From Eledone cirrhosa (Eukaryota), in the NCBI GenBank assembly GCA_964016885.1, contig OZ024755.1:5952001-6016000 (forward strand): DNA of 64,000 nucleotides, in the 5' to 3' direction. A program made the translations under genes and the position numbers. Of the stretch, positions 21,311-44,771 are shown one piece after another. Every line of letters begins with the position of its first letter. Position 1 is the stretch's first letter. Below the pieces are notes generated by a model. It made no database searches, was not told the origin of the DNA, and was given only the letters and a program-made list of their open reading frames with translations.

Positions 21311-24300
21311 CCATTTTAGTCATTTATGATGCCGTTTTAGCCATTTTAGAGTCAATATAACCATTTATGATGCCGTTTTAGCCTTTTTAGAGTCATTTCA
21401 GCCATTTATTATTCCGTTTTAGCCATTTTAGAGTCAATTTAGCCATTTATGATGCCGTTTTGGCCTTCTTAGTGTCATTTTAGCCATTTATGATGCCATT
21501 TTAGCCTTTTTAGTGTCATTTTAGTCACTTATGATGCCGTTTTAGCCATTTTAGAGTCAATATAACCATTTACGATGCCGTTTTAGCCTTTTTAGAGTCA
21601 TTTTAACCATTTATGATGCCGTTTTAGCCTTTTTAGTGTCATTTTAGTCATTTAAGATGCCGTTTTAGCCATTTTAATGTCATTGAAGCCGTTTCACCCC
21701 TTTTAATGTAATTTTAGTAATTTATGATGCAGTTTTAGCCTTTTTAGTGTCATTTTCGTCATTTATGATGCCGTTTTAGACATTTATAGTCAATATAACT
21801 ATTCATGATGCCGTTTTAGCGTTTTAGTGTAATTTTAGTCATTTATGATGCCGTTTTAGCCATTTTAGGGTCAATTAAGCCATTTATGATGCCGTTTCAG
21901 CAATTTTAGTGTCATTTTAGTCATTTATGATGCCGTTTTAGCCATTTTAGAGTCATTTATCACGCAGTTTTAGCCTTTTTAGAGTCATTTTAGCCATTTT
22001 AGAGTTAATTTAGCTATTTATGATGCAGTTTTGGCCATTTTAGTGTCATTTTTGCCATTTATGATGCAGTTTTAGCCTTTTTAGTGTCATTTTAGTCACT
22101 TATGATGCATTTTAGAGTCATTTTAGTCATTTATGATGCCGTTTTAGCCTTTTTAGAGTCAATATAACCATTTATGATGCGTTTTTAGCATTTTTAGTGT
22201 CATGTTAGCCATTTATGATGCCGTTTTAGCGTTTTTAGTGTCATTTTAGTCATTTATGATGCCGTTTTAGCCATTTTAGTGTCATTTAAGCCATTTATAA
22301 TGCCGTTTCACCCCTTTTAGTGTCATTTTAGTCATTTATGATGCAGTTTTAGCCATTTCATAGTCAATTAAGCCATTTATGATGCCGTTTCAGCCGTTTT
22401 AGTGTCATCTTAGCCATTTATGATGTGGTTTTAGCGTTTTTAGTGTCATTTTAGTAATTTATGATGTCGCTTTAGCCATTTTAGAGTCAATTTAGCCATT
22501 TATGATGCCGTTTTAGCCATTTTAGTGTCATTTTAGTAATTTGTGATGCCGTTTTAGCCTTTTTTAATGTCATTTTAATCATTTAGGATGCCGTTTTAGC
22601 CATTTTAGAGTCAATATAACTATTTATGATGCCGTTTTAGCCTTTTTAGTGTCATTTTAGCCATTTATGATGCCGTTTTAGCCTTTTTAGAGTCATTTTA
22701 GCCATTTATGATGCCGTTTTATTCTTTTTAGTGTCATTTTAATCATTTATGATGCCGTTTTAGCCATTTCATAGTCAATTAAGCCATTTATGATGCGGTT
22801 TTAGCCATATTAGAGTCAATTTGGCCATTTATGATGCCGTTTTAGCCATTTTAGAGTCAATTAAGCCATTTATGATGCCGTTTCAGCCCTTTTAGTGTCA
22901 TTTTAGACATTAATGATGCCGTTTTAGCTTTTTTAGTGTCAATTTAGCAATTCATTATGCCGTATATGCTTGTTTAGTGTAATTTTAGTAATTTATGATG
23001 CCGTTTTAGCCATTTGAGAGTCAAGTAAGCCGTTTATGATGCCGTTTCAGCCATTTTAGAGTCAATTTAGCCATTTATGATGCCGTTTAATCTTTTAGCT
23101 GTCATTTTAGTAATTTATGATGCCGTTTTAGTCATTTTAGAGTCAATTTAGCCAATTATGATGCCGTTTTAGCCTTTTTAGTGTCAATTTAGTAATTTAT
23201 GATGCTGTTTTAGCCATTTTAGAGTCCATTTAGCCATTTATGATGCGGTTTTAGCCATTCTAGAGTCAATTTTGCCATTTATGATGCCGTTTTAGTCATT
23301 TTAGAATCAATTAAGCTATTTATGATGCCGTTTCATCCCTTTCAGTGTCATTTTAGTCATTTATGATGCAGTTTTAGCCTTTTTAAGTGTCATTTTAGTC
23401 ATTTATGATGCGGTTTTAGCAATTTTAGTGTCAATATAACCATTTATGATGCCGTTTTAGCCATTTTAGAGTCAATTTAGCCATTTATGATGCCGTTTTA
23501 GCATATTTAGTGTCATTTTCATCATTTATAATGCCGTTTTAGCCTTTTTAGTGTCATTTTAGTCATTTAAGATGCGGTTTTAGCCATTTTAGAGTCATTT
23601 TAGCCATTTATGATGCCGTTTTAGCCATTTTAGAGTCAATTAAGCCATGTATGATGCCGTTTCAGCCCTTTCAGTGTCATTTTAGTCATTTATGATGCAG
23701 TTTTATCCTTTTTTAGTGTCATTTTAGTCATTTATGATGCCGTTTTAGCCATTTTAGAGTCAATATAACCATTTATGATGCCGTTTCAGCCATTTTAGAG
23801 TCAATTTAGCCATTTATGATGCCGTTTTAGCCTTTTTAAAGTCATTTTAGCCATTTATGATGCCGTTTTAGTCTTTTTAGAGTCATTTTAGCCATTTATG
23901 ATGCCGTTTTAGCCTTTCTAGTGTAATGTTAGTAATTTATGATGCCGTTTTAGTTATTTTACAGTCAATTTAGCCATTTATGTTGCCGTTTTAGCCATTT
24001 TAGAGTCAATTAAGCCATTCATGATGCAGTTTTATCCTTTTTAGTGCAATTTTAGTCATTTAAGATGCCGTTTTAGCATTTTTAGTGTCATTTTCATCAT
24101 TTATAATGCCGTTTTAGCCTTTTTAGTGTCATTTTATTAATTTATCATGCGGTTTTAGCCATTTTAGAGTCATTTTAGCCATTTATGATGCCGTTTTAGC
24201 CATTTTAGAGTCAATTAAGCCATTTATGATGCCGTTTCAGCCCTTTCAGTGTCATTTTAGTCATTTATGATGCAGTCTTATCCTTCTTTAGTGTCATTTT

Positions 24301-27300
24301 AGTCATTTATGATGCCGTTTTAGCCATTTTAGAGTCAATATAACCATTTATGATGCCGTTTTAGCCATTTTAGAGTCAATTTAGCCATTTATGATGCCGT
24401 TTTAGCCTTTTTAGAGTCATTTTAGCCATTTATGATGCCGTTTTAGCCATTTTAGAGTCAATTAAGCCATTTATGATGCCGTTTCAGCCCTTTCAGTGTC
24501 ATTTTAGTCATTTATGATGCAGTTTTATCCTTTTTTAGTGTCATTTTATTCATTTATGATGCCGTTTTAGCCATTTTAGAGTCAATATAACCATTTATGA
24601 TGCCGTTTCAGCCATTTTAGAGTCAATTTAGCCATTTATGATGCCGTTTTAGCCTTTTTAGAGTCATTTTAGCCATTTATGATGCCGTTTTAGCCTTTTT
24701 AGAGTCATTCTAGCCATTTATGATGCCGTTTTAGCCTTTCTAGTGTAAATTTAGTAATTTATGATGCCGTTTTAGTTATTTTACAGTCAATTTAGCCATT
24801 TATGTTGCCGTTTTAGCCATTTTAGAGTCAATTAAGCCATTCATGATGCAGTTTTATCCTTTTTAGTGCAATTTTAGTCATTTAAGATGCCGTTTTAGCA
24901 TTTTTAGTGTCAGTTTAGCCATTTATGATTCCGTTCTAGCGTTTTTAGTGTCATTTTAGTAATTTATGATGCCGTTTTACCATTTTAGAGTCAATTAAGC
25001 CATTTATGATGCCGTTTCAGCCCTTTTATAGTCAATTTAGCCATTCATGATGCCGTATAAGCGTGTTTAGTGTCATTTTAGTAATTTATGATGCCGTTTT
25101 AGCCATTTGAGAGTCAAGTAAGCCGTTTATGATGCCGTTTCAGCCATTTTAGAGTCAATTTAGCCATTTATGATGCCGTTTAATCTTTTAGCTGTCATTT
25201 TAGTAATTTATGATGCCGTTTTAGTCATTTTAGAGTCAATTTAGCCATTTATGATGCTGTTTTAGCATTTTTAGAGTCATTCTAGCCAATTATGATGCCG
25301 TTTTAGCCTTTTTAGTGTCAATTCAGTAATTTATGATGCTGTTTTAGCCATTTTAGAGTCCATTTAGCCATTTATGATGCGGTTTTAGCCATTCTAGAGT
25401 CAATTTTGCCATTTATGATGCCGTTTTAGTCATTTTAGAGTCAATTAAGCCATTTATGATGCCGTTTCAGCCCTTTCAGTGTCATTTTAGTCATTTATGA
25501 TGCAGTTTTAGCCTTTTTAAGTGTCATTTTAATCATTTATGATGCGGTTTTAGCAATTTTAGAGTCAATATGACCATTTATGATGCCGTTTTAGCCATTT
25601 TAGAGTCAATTTAGCCATTTATGATGCCGTTTTAGCATATTTAGTGTCATTTTAGTCATTTATGATGCCGTTTTAGCCATCTTAGTGTCAATTTAGTCAT
25701 TTATGATGCCGTTTTAGCCTTTCTAGTGTAATTTTAGTAATTTATGATGCCGTTTTAGTTATTTTACAGTCAATTTAGCCATTTATGTTGCCGTTTTAGC
25801 CATTTTAGAGTCAATTAAGCCATTCATGATGCAGTTTTATCCTTTTTAGTGCAATTTTAGTCATTTAAGATGCCGTTTTAGCATTTTTAGTGTCATTTTC
25901 ATCATTTATAATGCCGTTTTAGCCTTTTTAGTGTCATTTTATTAATTTATCATGCGGTTTTAGCCATTTTAGAGTCATTTTAGCCATTTATGATGCCGTT
26001 TTAGCCATTTTAGAGTCAATTAAGCCATTTATGATGCCGTTTCAGCCCTTTCAGTGTCATTTTAGTCATTTATGATGCAGTCTTATCCTTCTTTAGTGTC
26101 ATTTTAGTCATTTATGATGCCGTTTTAGCCATTTTAGAGTCAATATAACCATTTATGATGCCGTTTTAGCCATTTTAGAGTCAATTTAGCCATTTATGAT
26201 GCCGTTTTAGCCTTTTTAGAGTCATTTTAGCCATTTATGATGCCGTTTTAGCCATTTTAGAGTCAATTAAGCCATTTATGATGCCGTTTCAGCCCTTTCA
26301 GTGTCATTTTAGTCATTTATGATGCAGTTTTATCCTTTTTTAGTGTCATTTTATTCATTTATGATGCCGTTTTAGCCATTTTAGAGTCAATATAACCATT
26401 TATGATGCCGTTTCAGCCATTTTAGAGTCAATTTAGCCATTTATGATGCCGTTTTAGCCTTTTTAGAGTCATTTTAGCCATTTATGATGCCGTTTTAGCC
26501 TTTTTAGAGTCATTCTAGCCATTTATGATGCCGTTTTAGCCTTTCTAGTGTAAATTTAGTAATTTATGATGCCGTTTTAGTTATTTTACAGTCAATTTAG
26601 CCATTTATGTTGCCGTTTTAGCCATTTTAGAGTCAATTAAGCCATTCATGATGCAGTTTTATCCTTTTTAGTGCAATTTTAGTCATTTAAGATGCCGTTT
26701 TAGCATTTTTAGTGTCAGTTTAGCCATTTATGATTCCGTTCTAGCGTTTTTGTGTCATTTTAGTAATTTATGATGCCGTTTTACCATTTTAGAGTCAATT
26801 AAGCCATTTATGATGCCGTTTCAGCCCTTTTATAGTCAATTTAGCCATTCATGATGCCGTATAAGCGTGTTTAGTGTCATTTTAGTAATTTATGATGCCG
26901 TTTTAGCCATTTGAGAGTCAAGTAAGCCGTTTATGATGCCGTTTCAGCCATTTTAGAGTCAATTTAGCCATTTATGATGCCGTTTAATCTTTTAGCTGTC
27001 ATTTTAGTAATTTATGATGCCGTTTTAGTCATTTTAGAGTCAATTTAGCCATTTATGATGCTGTTTTAGCATTTTTAGAGTCATTCTAGCCAATTATGAT
27101 GCCGTTTTAGCCTTTTTAGTGTCAATTCAGTAATTTATGATGCTGTTTTAGCCATTTTAGAGTCCATTTAGCCATTTATGATGCGGTTTTAGCCATTCTA
27201 GAGTCAATTTTGCCATTTATGATGCCGTTTTAGTCATTTTAGAGTCAATTAAGCCATTTATGATGCCGTTTCAGCCCTTTCAGTGTCATTTTAGTCATTT

Positions 27301-28300
27301 ATGATGCAGTTTTAGCCTTTTTAAGTGTCATTTTAATCATTTATGATGCGGTTTTAGCAATTTTAGAGTCAATATGACCATTTATGATGCCGTTTTAGCC
27401 ATTTTAGAGTCAATTTAGCCATTTATGATGCCGTTTTAGCATATTTAGTGTCATTTTAGTCATTTATGATGCCGTTTTAGCCATCTTAGTGTCAATTTAG
27501 TCATTTATAATGCCGTTTTAGCCTTTTTAGAGTCATTTTAGCCATTTATGATGCCGTTTTAGCCTTTTTAGAGTCATTTTAGCCATTTATGATGCCGTTT
27601 TAGCCATTTTAGAGTCAATTAAGCCATTTATGATGCCGTTTCAGCCCTTTCAGTGTCATTTTAGTCATTTATGATGCAGTTTTATCCCTTTTTAGTGTCA
27701 TTTTAGTCATTTATGATGCCGTTTTAGCCATTTTAGAGTCAATATAACCATTTATGATGCCGTTTCAGCCATTTTAGAGTCAATTTAGCCATTCATGATG
27801 CCGTTTTAGCCTTTTTAGAGTCATTTTAGCCATTTATGATGCCATTTTAGCCTTTTTAGAGTCATTTTAGCCATTTATGATGCGGTTTTAGCCTTTCTAG
27901 TGTAATTTTAGTAATTTATGATGCCGTTTTATCATCTTAGAGTCAATTTAGCCATTTATGAGGCGGTTTTAGCCATTTTAGTGTCATTTTAGTCATTTAT
28001 GATGCCGTTTTAGTCATTTTACAGTCAATTTAGCCATTTATGTTGCCGTTTTAGTGCAATGTTAGTCATTTAAGATGCCGTTTTAGCATTTTTAGTGTCA
28101 GTTTAGCCATTTATGATTCCGTTCTAGCGTTTTTAGTGTCATTTTAGTAATTTATGATGCCGTTTTAGCCATTTTAGAGTCAATTAAGCCATTTATGATG
28201 CCGTTTCAGCCATTTTATAGTCAATTTAGCCATTCATGATGCCGGATAAGCGTGTTTAGTGTCATTTTAGTAATTTATGATGCCGTTTTAGCCATTTTAG
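21311..28300 (+). repeat. 41-bp satellite, left arm, with a ~1804-bp (44-mer) internal duplication
   Basis: Unit TTTAGCCATTTATGATGCCGTTTTAGCCATTTTAGAGTCAA; rare variants recur at 24276/26081 and 25052/26856. Confidence 0.97.
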
Positions 28301-31300
28301 CATCATAAATGGCTAAAATGACACTAAAAAGGCTAAAACGGCATCATAAATGGCTAAAATGACTCTAAAAATGCTAAAACGGCATCATAAATGATTAAAT
28401 TTACTCAAAAATGGCTAATACTGCATCATAAATGACTAAAATGACACTAAAAATGCTAAAACTGCATCATAAATGACTAAAATGACACTAAAAGGGCTGA
28501 AACGGCATCATAAATAGCTTAATTGACTCTAAAATGGCTAAAACGGCATCATAAATGAATCAAATGACACTAAAAAGGCTAAAATGGCATCATAAATGGC
28601 TAAAATGACACTAAAAAGGCTAAAACGGTATCATAAATGACTAAAATAACGCTACAAAAGCTAAAGCGGCATCATAAATGGCTAAATTGACTCTAAAATA
28701 GCTAAGACTGCATCATAAATTACTAAAATGACACTAAAACGCTAAAACAGCATCATAAATGGCTAACATGACACTAAAAATGCTAAAACGGCATCATAAA
28801 TGGTTATATTGACTCTAAAATTGCTAAAACGGCATTATAAATGAATAAAATGACACTAAAAAGGCTAAAACGGCATCATAAATGGCTAAAATCAAACTAA
28901 AAAGTCTAAAACGGCATCACAAATGGTTATAGTGACTCTAAAATGGCTAAAACGGCATCATAAATGACTAAAATGACACTAAAAAGGCTAAAACGGCATC
29001 ATAAATGGCTAAAATGACTCTAAAAAGGCTAAAACGGCATCATAAATGACTAAATTTACTCAAAAATGGCTAATACTGCATCATAAATGGCTTAATTGAC
29101 TCTAAAATGGCTAAAACGGCATCATAAATGACTAAAATGACACTAAAAAGGATAAAACTGCATCATAAATGACTAAAATGACACTGAAAGGGCTGAAACG
29201 GCATCATAAATAGCTTAATTGACTCTAAAATGGCTAAAACGGCATCATAAATGACTAAAATGACACTAAAAAGGCTAAAACGGCATCATAAATGGCTAAA
29301 ATGACTCTAAAAAGGATAAAACGGCATCATAAATGATTAAATTTAGTCAAAAATGGCTAATACTGCAGCATAAATGGCTTAAATGACTCTAAAATGGCTA
29401 AAACAGCATCATAAATGACTAAAATGACACTAAAAAGGCTAAAACTGCATCATAAATGACTAAAATGACACTAAAAGGGCTGAAACGGCATCATAAATAG
29501 CTTAATTGACTCTAAAATGGCTAAAACGGCATCATAAATGAATCAAATGACACTAAAAAGGCTAAAATGGCATCATAAATGGCTAAAATGACACTAAAAA
29601 GGCTAAAACGGTATCATAAATGACTAAAATAACGCTACAAAAGCTAAAGCGGCATCATAAATGGCTAAATTGACTCTAAAATAGCTAACACTGCATCATA
29701 AATTACTAAAATGACACTAAAACGCTAAAACAGCATCATAAATGGCTAACATGACACTAAAAATGATAAAAACGGCATCATAAATGGTTATATTGACTCT
29801 AAAATGGCTAAAACGGCATTATAAATGAATAAAATGACACTAAAAAGGCAAAAACGGCATCATAAATGGATATATTGACCCTAAAATGGCTAAAACGGCA
29901 TCATAAATGGCTAAAATCAAACTAAAAAGTCTAAAACCGCATCACAAATGGTTATAGTGACTCTAAAATGGCTAAAACGGCATCATAAATGACTAAAATG
30001 ACACTAAAAAGGCTAAAACGGCATCATAAATGGCTAAAATGACTCTAAAAAGGCTAAAACGGCATCATAAATGACTAAATTTACTCAAAAATGGCTAATA
30101 CTGCATCATAAATGGCTTAATTGACTCTAAAATGGCTAAAACGGCATCATAAATGACTAAAATGACACTAAGAAGGATAAAACTGCATCATAAATGACTA
30201 AAATGACACTGAAAGGGCTGAAACGGCATCATAAATAGCTTAATTGACTCTAAAATGGCTAAAACGGCATCATAAATGACTAAAATGACACTAAAAAGGC
30301 TAAAACGGCATCATAAATGGCTAAAATGACTCTAAAAAGGATAAAACGGCATCATAAATGATTAAATTTAGTCAAAAATGGCTAATACTGCAGCATAAAT
30401 GGCTTAAATGACTCTAAAAGGGCTAAAACAGCATCATAAATGACTAAAATGACACTAAAAAGGCTAAAACTGCATCATAAATGACTAAAATGACACTAAA
30501 AGGGCTGAAACGGCATCATAAATAGCTTAATTGACTCTAAAATGGCTAAAACGGCATCATAAATGAATCAAATGACACTAAAAAGGCTAAAATGGCATCA
30601 TAAATGGCTAAAATGACACTAAAAAGGCTAAAACGGTATCATAAATGACTAAAATAACGCTACAAAAGCTAAAGCGGCATCATAAATGGCTAAATTGACT
30701 CTAAAATAGCTAACACTGCATCATAAATTACTAAAATGACACTAAAACGCTAAAACAGCATCATAAATGGCTAACATGACACTAAAAATGATAAAAACGG
30801 CATCATAAATGGTTATATTGACTCTAAAATGGCTAAAACGGCATTATAAATGAATAAAATGACACTAAAAAGGCAAAAACGGCATCATAAATGGATATAT
30901 TGACCCTAAAATGGCTAAAACGGCATCATAAATGGCTAAAATCAAACTAAAAAGTCTAAAACCGCATCACAAATGGTTATAGTGACTCTAAAATGGCTAA
31001 AACGGCATCATAAATGACTAAAATGACACTAAAAAGGCTAAAACGGCATCATAAATGGCTAAAATGACTCTAAAAAGGCTAAAACGGCATCATAAATGAC
31101 TAAATTTACTCAAAAATGGCTAATACTGCATCATAAATGGCTTAATTGACTCTAAAATGGCTAAAACGGCATCATAAATGACTAAAATGACACTAAAAAG
31201 GATAAAACTGCATCATAAATGACTAAAATGACACTGAAAGGGCTGAAACGGCATCATAAATAGCTTAATTGACTCTAAAATGGCTAAAACGGCATCATAA

Positions 31301-33992
31301 ATGACTAAAATGACACTAAAAAGGCTAAAACGGCATCATAAATGGCTAAAATGACTCTAAAAAGGATAAAACGGCATCATAAATGATTAAATTTAGTCAA
31401 AAATGGCTAATACTGCAGCATAAATGGCTTAAATGACTCTAAAAGGGCTAAAACAGCATCATAAATGACTAAAATGACACTAAAAAGGCTAAAACTGCAT
31501 CATAAATGACTAAAATGACACTAAAAGGGCTGAAACGGCATCATAAATAGCTTAATTGACTCTAAAATGGCTAAAACGGCATCATAAATGAATCAAATGA
31601 CACTAAAAAGGCTAAAATGGCATCATAAATGGCTAAAATGACACTAAAAAGGCTAAAACGGTATCATAAATGACTAAAATAACGCTACAAAAGCTAAAGC
31701 GGCATCATAAATGGCTAAATTGACTCTAAAATAGCTAACACTGCATCATAAATTACTAAAATGACACTAAAACGCTAAAACAGCATCATAAATGGCTAAC
31801 ATGACACTAAAAATGATAAAAACGGCATCATAAATGGTTATATTGACTCTAAAATGGCTAAAACGGCATTATAAATGAATAAAATGACACTAAAAAGGCA
31901 AAAACGGCATCATAAATGGATATATTGACCCTAAAATGGCTAAAACGGCATCATAAATGGCTAAAATCAAACTAAAAAGTCTAAAACGGCATCACAAATG
32001 GTTATAGTGACTCTAAAATGGCTAAAACAGCATCATAAATGACTAAAATGACACTAAAAAGGCTAAAACGGCATCATAAATGACTAAATTTACTCAAAAA
32101 TGGCTAATACTGCATCATAAATGGCTTAATTGACTCTAAAATGGTTAAAACGGCATCATAAATGACTAAAATGACACTAAAAATGATAAAACTGCATCAT
32201 AAATGACTAAAATGACACTGAAAGGGCTGAAACGGCATCATAAATAGCTTAATTGACTCTAAAATGGCTAAAACGGCATCATAAATGAATCAAATGACAC
32301 TAAAAAGGCTAAAACGGCAACATAAATGGTTATATTGACTCTAAAAAGGCTAAAACGGCATCATAAATTATTAAATTGGCAATAAAGAGGCTAAAACGGC
32401 ATCATAAATAGCTAAATTGACTCTAAAATAGCTAATACTACGTCATAAATTACTAAAATGACACTAAACCGCTAAAACAGCATCATAAATGGCTAAAATA
32501 ACACTAAAAAGGCTAAAACGGCATCATAATTGGCTAAATTTACTCTAAAATGGCTAAAACGGTAACATAAATGGCTAAAATGACTCTAAAAAGGCTAAAA
32601 CGGCATCATAAATCGTTATATCGACTCTAAAAGGGCTAAAACGGCATCATAAATGAGTAAAATGACACCAAAAAGGCTAAAACGGCTTCATAAACGACTA
32701 AAATGACACTAAAAAAGGCTAAAACTGCATCATAAATGACTAAAATGACACCGAAAGGGCTAAAACGGCATCATAAATGACTAAAATGACACTAAAAGGG
32801 CTGAAACGGCATCATAAATGGCTTAATGGACCCTAAAATGGCTAAAACGGCATCATAAATGGCTAAAATCACACTAAAAAGGCTAAAACGGCATTATAAA
32901 TGGTTATGTTGACTCTAAAATGGCTAAAACGGCATCATAAATGACTAAAATGACACTAAAAAGGCTAACACGGCATCATTAATGGCTAAATTGACTAATA
33001 CTGCGTCATAAATTACTAAAATGACACTAAAAACGCTAAAACTGCATCATAAATGGCTAAAATGACACTAAAAAGGCTAAAACGGCATCATAAATGGCTA
33101 AATTGACACTAAGAAGGCCAAAATGGCATCATAAATGGCTAAATTGACACTAAAATGGCTCAAACGGCATCATAAATGGCTAAAATGACTCTAAAATGGC
33201 TAAAACGGCATCATAAATGACTAAAATATGATTAATACGGCTAAAGCGGCATCATAAATGGTCAAATTGACTTTAAAATGGCTAATACTGCATCATAAAT
33301 GGCTTACTTGACTCTAAGATGGCTAAAACGGCATCATAAATGACTAAAAGGACACTAAAAGGGCTGAAACGGCATCATAAATAGCTTAATTGACTCTAAA
33401 ATGGCTAAAACGGCATCATAAATGATCCAATGACACTAAAAAGGCTAAAACGGCATCATAAATGGCTAAAATGACTCTAAAATAGCTAAATCGGCATCAT
33501 AAAAGGGCTAAAATGGCATCATAATAGACTAAAATGACACTAGAAAGGCTAAAACTGCATCATAAATGACTAAAAGGGCTGAAACGGCATCATAAATAGT
33601 TATATTGACTCTAAAAGGCTAAAGCGGCATCATAAATGGCTTAATTGACTCTGAAATGGCTAAAATGGCATCATAAATGGCTAAATTGACTCTAAAATGG
33701 CTAATACTGCATCATAAATGACTAAAATGACACTAAAAACGTTAAACGGCATCATAAATTGCTAAAATGACACTAAAAATGTTAAAACGGCATCAACAAA
33801 AGTTATATTGACTCTAAGATGGCTAAAACGGCATCATAAACGACTAAAATGACACTGAAAGGGCTGAAACGGCATCGTAAATGGCTTAATTGACTCTAAA
33901 ATATCTAAAACGGCGTCATAAATGGCTAAATGGACTCTAAAATGGTTAAAACGGCATCATAAATGACTAAAATGACACTAAAAGGGCTAAAA
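28301..33992 (-). repeat. 41-bp satellite, right arm in reverse orientation, ~1025-bp (25-mer) higher-order repeat
   Basis: Reverse complement of the left-arm unit; marker GCTACAAAAGCTAAAGCGG at 28651, 29634, 30659, 31684. Confidence 0.97.
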
Positions 33993-42080
<8,088 letters not shown>

Positions 42081-43206
42081 AGAGAGAGAGAAAGAAGGGA
42101 AACAGAAAAAACCTGAACTGATATATGAAAAATAGATATCAAAACGAAACTCACCAAAGTAAGAGTTTAAAAAAGGCGTAAAATCAGGAGAGAGAAAAGT
42201 AAAAAAAGAAATGTTATGGTAAAAAATTACAGAAGAATCTCAAAAAATCAGAAGGAAGATATTTGGAGAAAGCTCAACATGTAGAAAACACATTTCTTCT
42301 AACTCTACGATAATGTTTTTTTTATACTATGAAAAGTAATAATTTCTTTTTGTAAATTCAATTTTCATTTCTCAATATTTATGCAGCTTTCAATTCGTCT
42401 CCATGATGTTAAGAAGTATATATTTACATAATGTTAGCATGAAGTAGAGTAGGTCATTAGTTGTGTTGTGGGCATATATATATATATATATATATATATC
42501 ATATATATATATAAATCATATATATATATAAATATACGCGCACACACACAGCAGCAATAACTTGAAATGTTATCCGTTTGTCCTATTATACGCAAAATTG
42601 TATATATATATATATATATAACATGCATATATACGTACAATAGGAGGAACTGATAGCGTTTTACGCTTTTGCAGGTGCGCAAGCACGTATTATTAATTTT
42701 TTGTGTGAGGCGTAACTGCAAACAAAATAATAAAGAACTCACCCCTCCAAAAATACACCAGTAAATAACAAAAACAAAACGAGACAAAGTAATATATGAA
42801 ATATAAGGAAATAAACATGTCAAGACTGGTTGACTATGTGGGTTGTAGAAACACTTTGAGTACTTTTGGTGGTGTAATTGAAGAAATGTGTCCGCACGCA
42901 GCATTAACCAAACCATATTTATTATTCTAATCTTAGAACCTGGTTGACGGCTTTAGACAGCGGCCATGCTGGAGAACTTCCTAAAGGAATTTAGTGGATC
43001 GCAGCGAAACCATGTACTTGTATTTCAAATCTGGTACTTATTTTAGCGATCTCTTTTCCTAGAACCGTTACTATATCTTTCTCTCTCTCACACACACTAT
43101 ATTTACATATGTCTATATATACATCTATAAATATATATATATATATATATACACTATCTCACACACACACAATATATATACATACACTATAAATACATAT
43201 ATACAC

Positions 43207-43243
<37 letters not shown>

Positions 43244-43798
43244 TCTTTCTCACACACAGACAATATATATACATACATTATATATATATATATATACACA
43301 TTATATATATATATAAATACTCTCTCACAAAAACTCCCTCTCACTCACTCTCTATCTATCTGACACACATATATATAACATGTATGTGTGTGTGTGTGTA
43401 TTGGTGTGTGTGTTGGTTTGTTTGTATGTGTGTATGTATGAGTACACACGTTATTAGTGTTACTTTAGAAACTGAATTGCCTGTGGTGGAAGTGTGTATT
43501 ATGTATTAACTACATAAATGTACAACAGAAGACTAATGTCACCCACTGACAAGTACAAGTGGTGGTACAGAAGTGTTAAGCTTAAATAAAGCAAACACAC
43601 ACATAGATACAAATATATATGCATACATATATACACACATATATATATATATATATGCATGAATATATCAATTTATACATATACGTACAAAAAGATTCAC
43701 ACATATATATATGCATACATATATACAGAAATATTCATAAATGTATGCAAATGTATACATATATGCATATATGTATATATGTATACATACATGCACAC

Positions 43799-43833
<35 letters not shown>

Positions 43834-43842
43834 CATGCACAC

Positions 43843-43888
<46 letters not shown>

Positions 43889-44120
43889 GTATATATATAC
43901 ATTTATATATACATATTCATATATATATATATATATACACATATATATACGTATACATACATATTTACATACATATATATACATTTATATATACATATTC
44001 ATATACATATATATTTACATATATATATATATATATATATATATGCATACATATATATATACATACACTTATACATATATATATACATACACTTATACAT
44101 ACATATACATATATATTTAC

Positions 44121-44151
<31 letters not shown>

Positions 44152-44723
44152 CACTTATACATATATACATACATATACATATTCAGACATATATATATAT
44201 ACATATACATATGCCTACATATGCTAAAACGGCCATTTATTTATACTTGTTTTTCTTCTTCTTCTTCTTTATATTTATTAATCATTTTCTTAGATATTGT
44301 TGTTTCCAACTGCTTCCGGCCATGCAAAAGAAAAATGAAAGACAAAGAAAACAAACCCCAAACAACAACAATAAAAAAAGAAAACAAACACGAACAAACA
44401 AACAACAGCCAAAAAATAACGAAACACGTTATCAATATGGCCGACCGCTACCTCATCACCATCTCCTCCTCACCTTGTTTTGACATATACTCACTCTAGC
44501 GAAATAATTCTTGTGACCAGAAGATAGAGTGGAGTAGATCTGTCGTTAAAAGCGTTCTTATTTTAATGATAAGAATACTTTCATTTCCTACAAATTCTAC
44601 ATACATGCATACATTCAGGTATACATACATACATACATATCATATACTGATATATATTTTCATACAAATATTCACACTATTACACACACTTATATATATA
44701 TACACATATACTCACACATCCAA

Positions 44724-44771
<48 letters not shown>

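Noticed and set aside
44492-44540. Possible small minus-strand exon ending in a GTGAGT donor (similar isolated splice-like signals near 35914, 42150 and 47408)
   Set aside because: Weak or unpaired signals with no recognisable peptide; cannot be linked into a gene from sequence alone.
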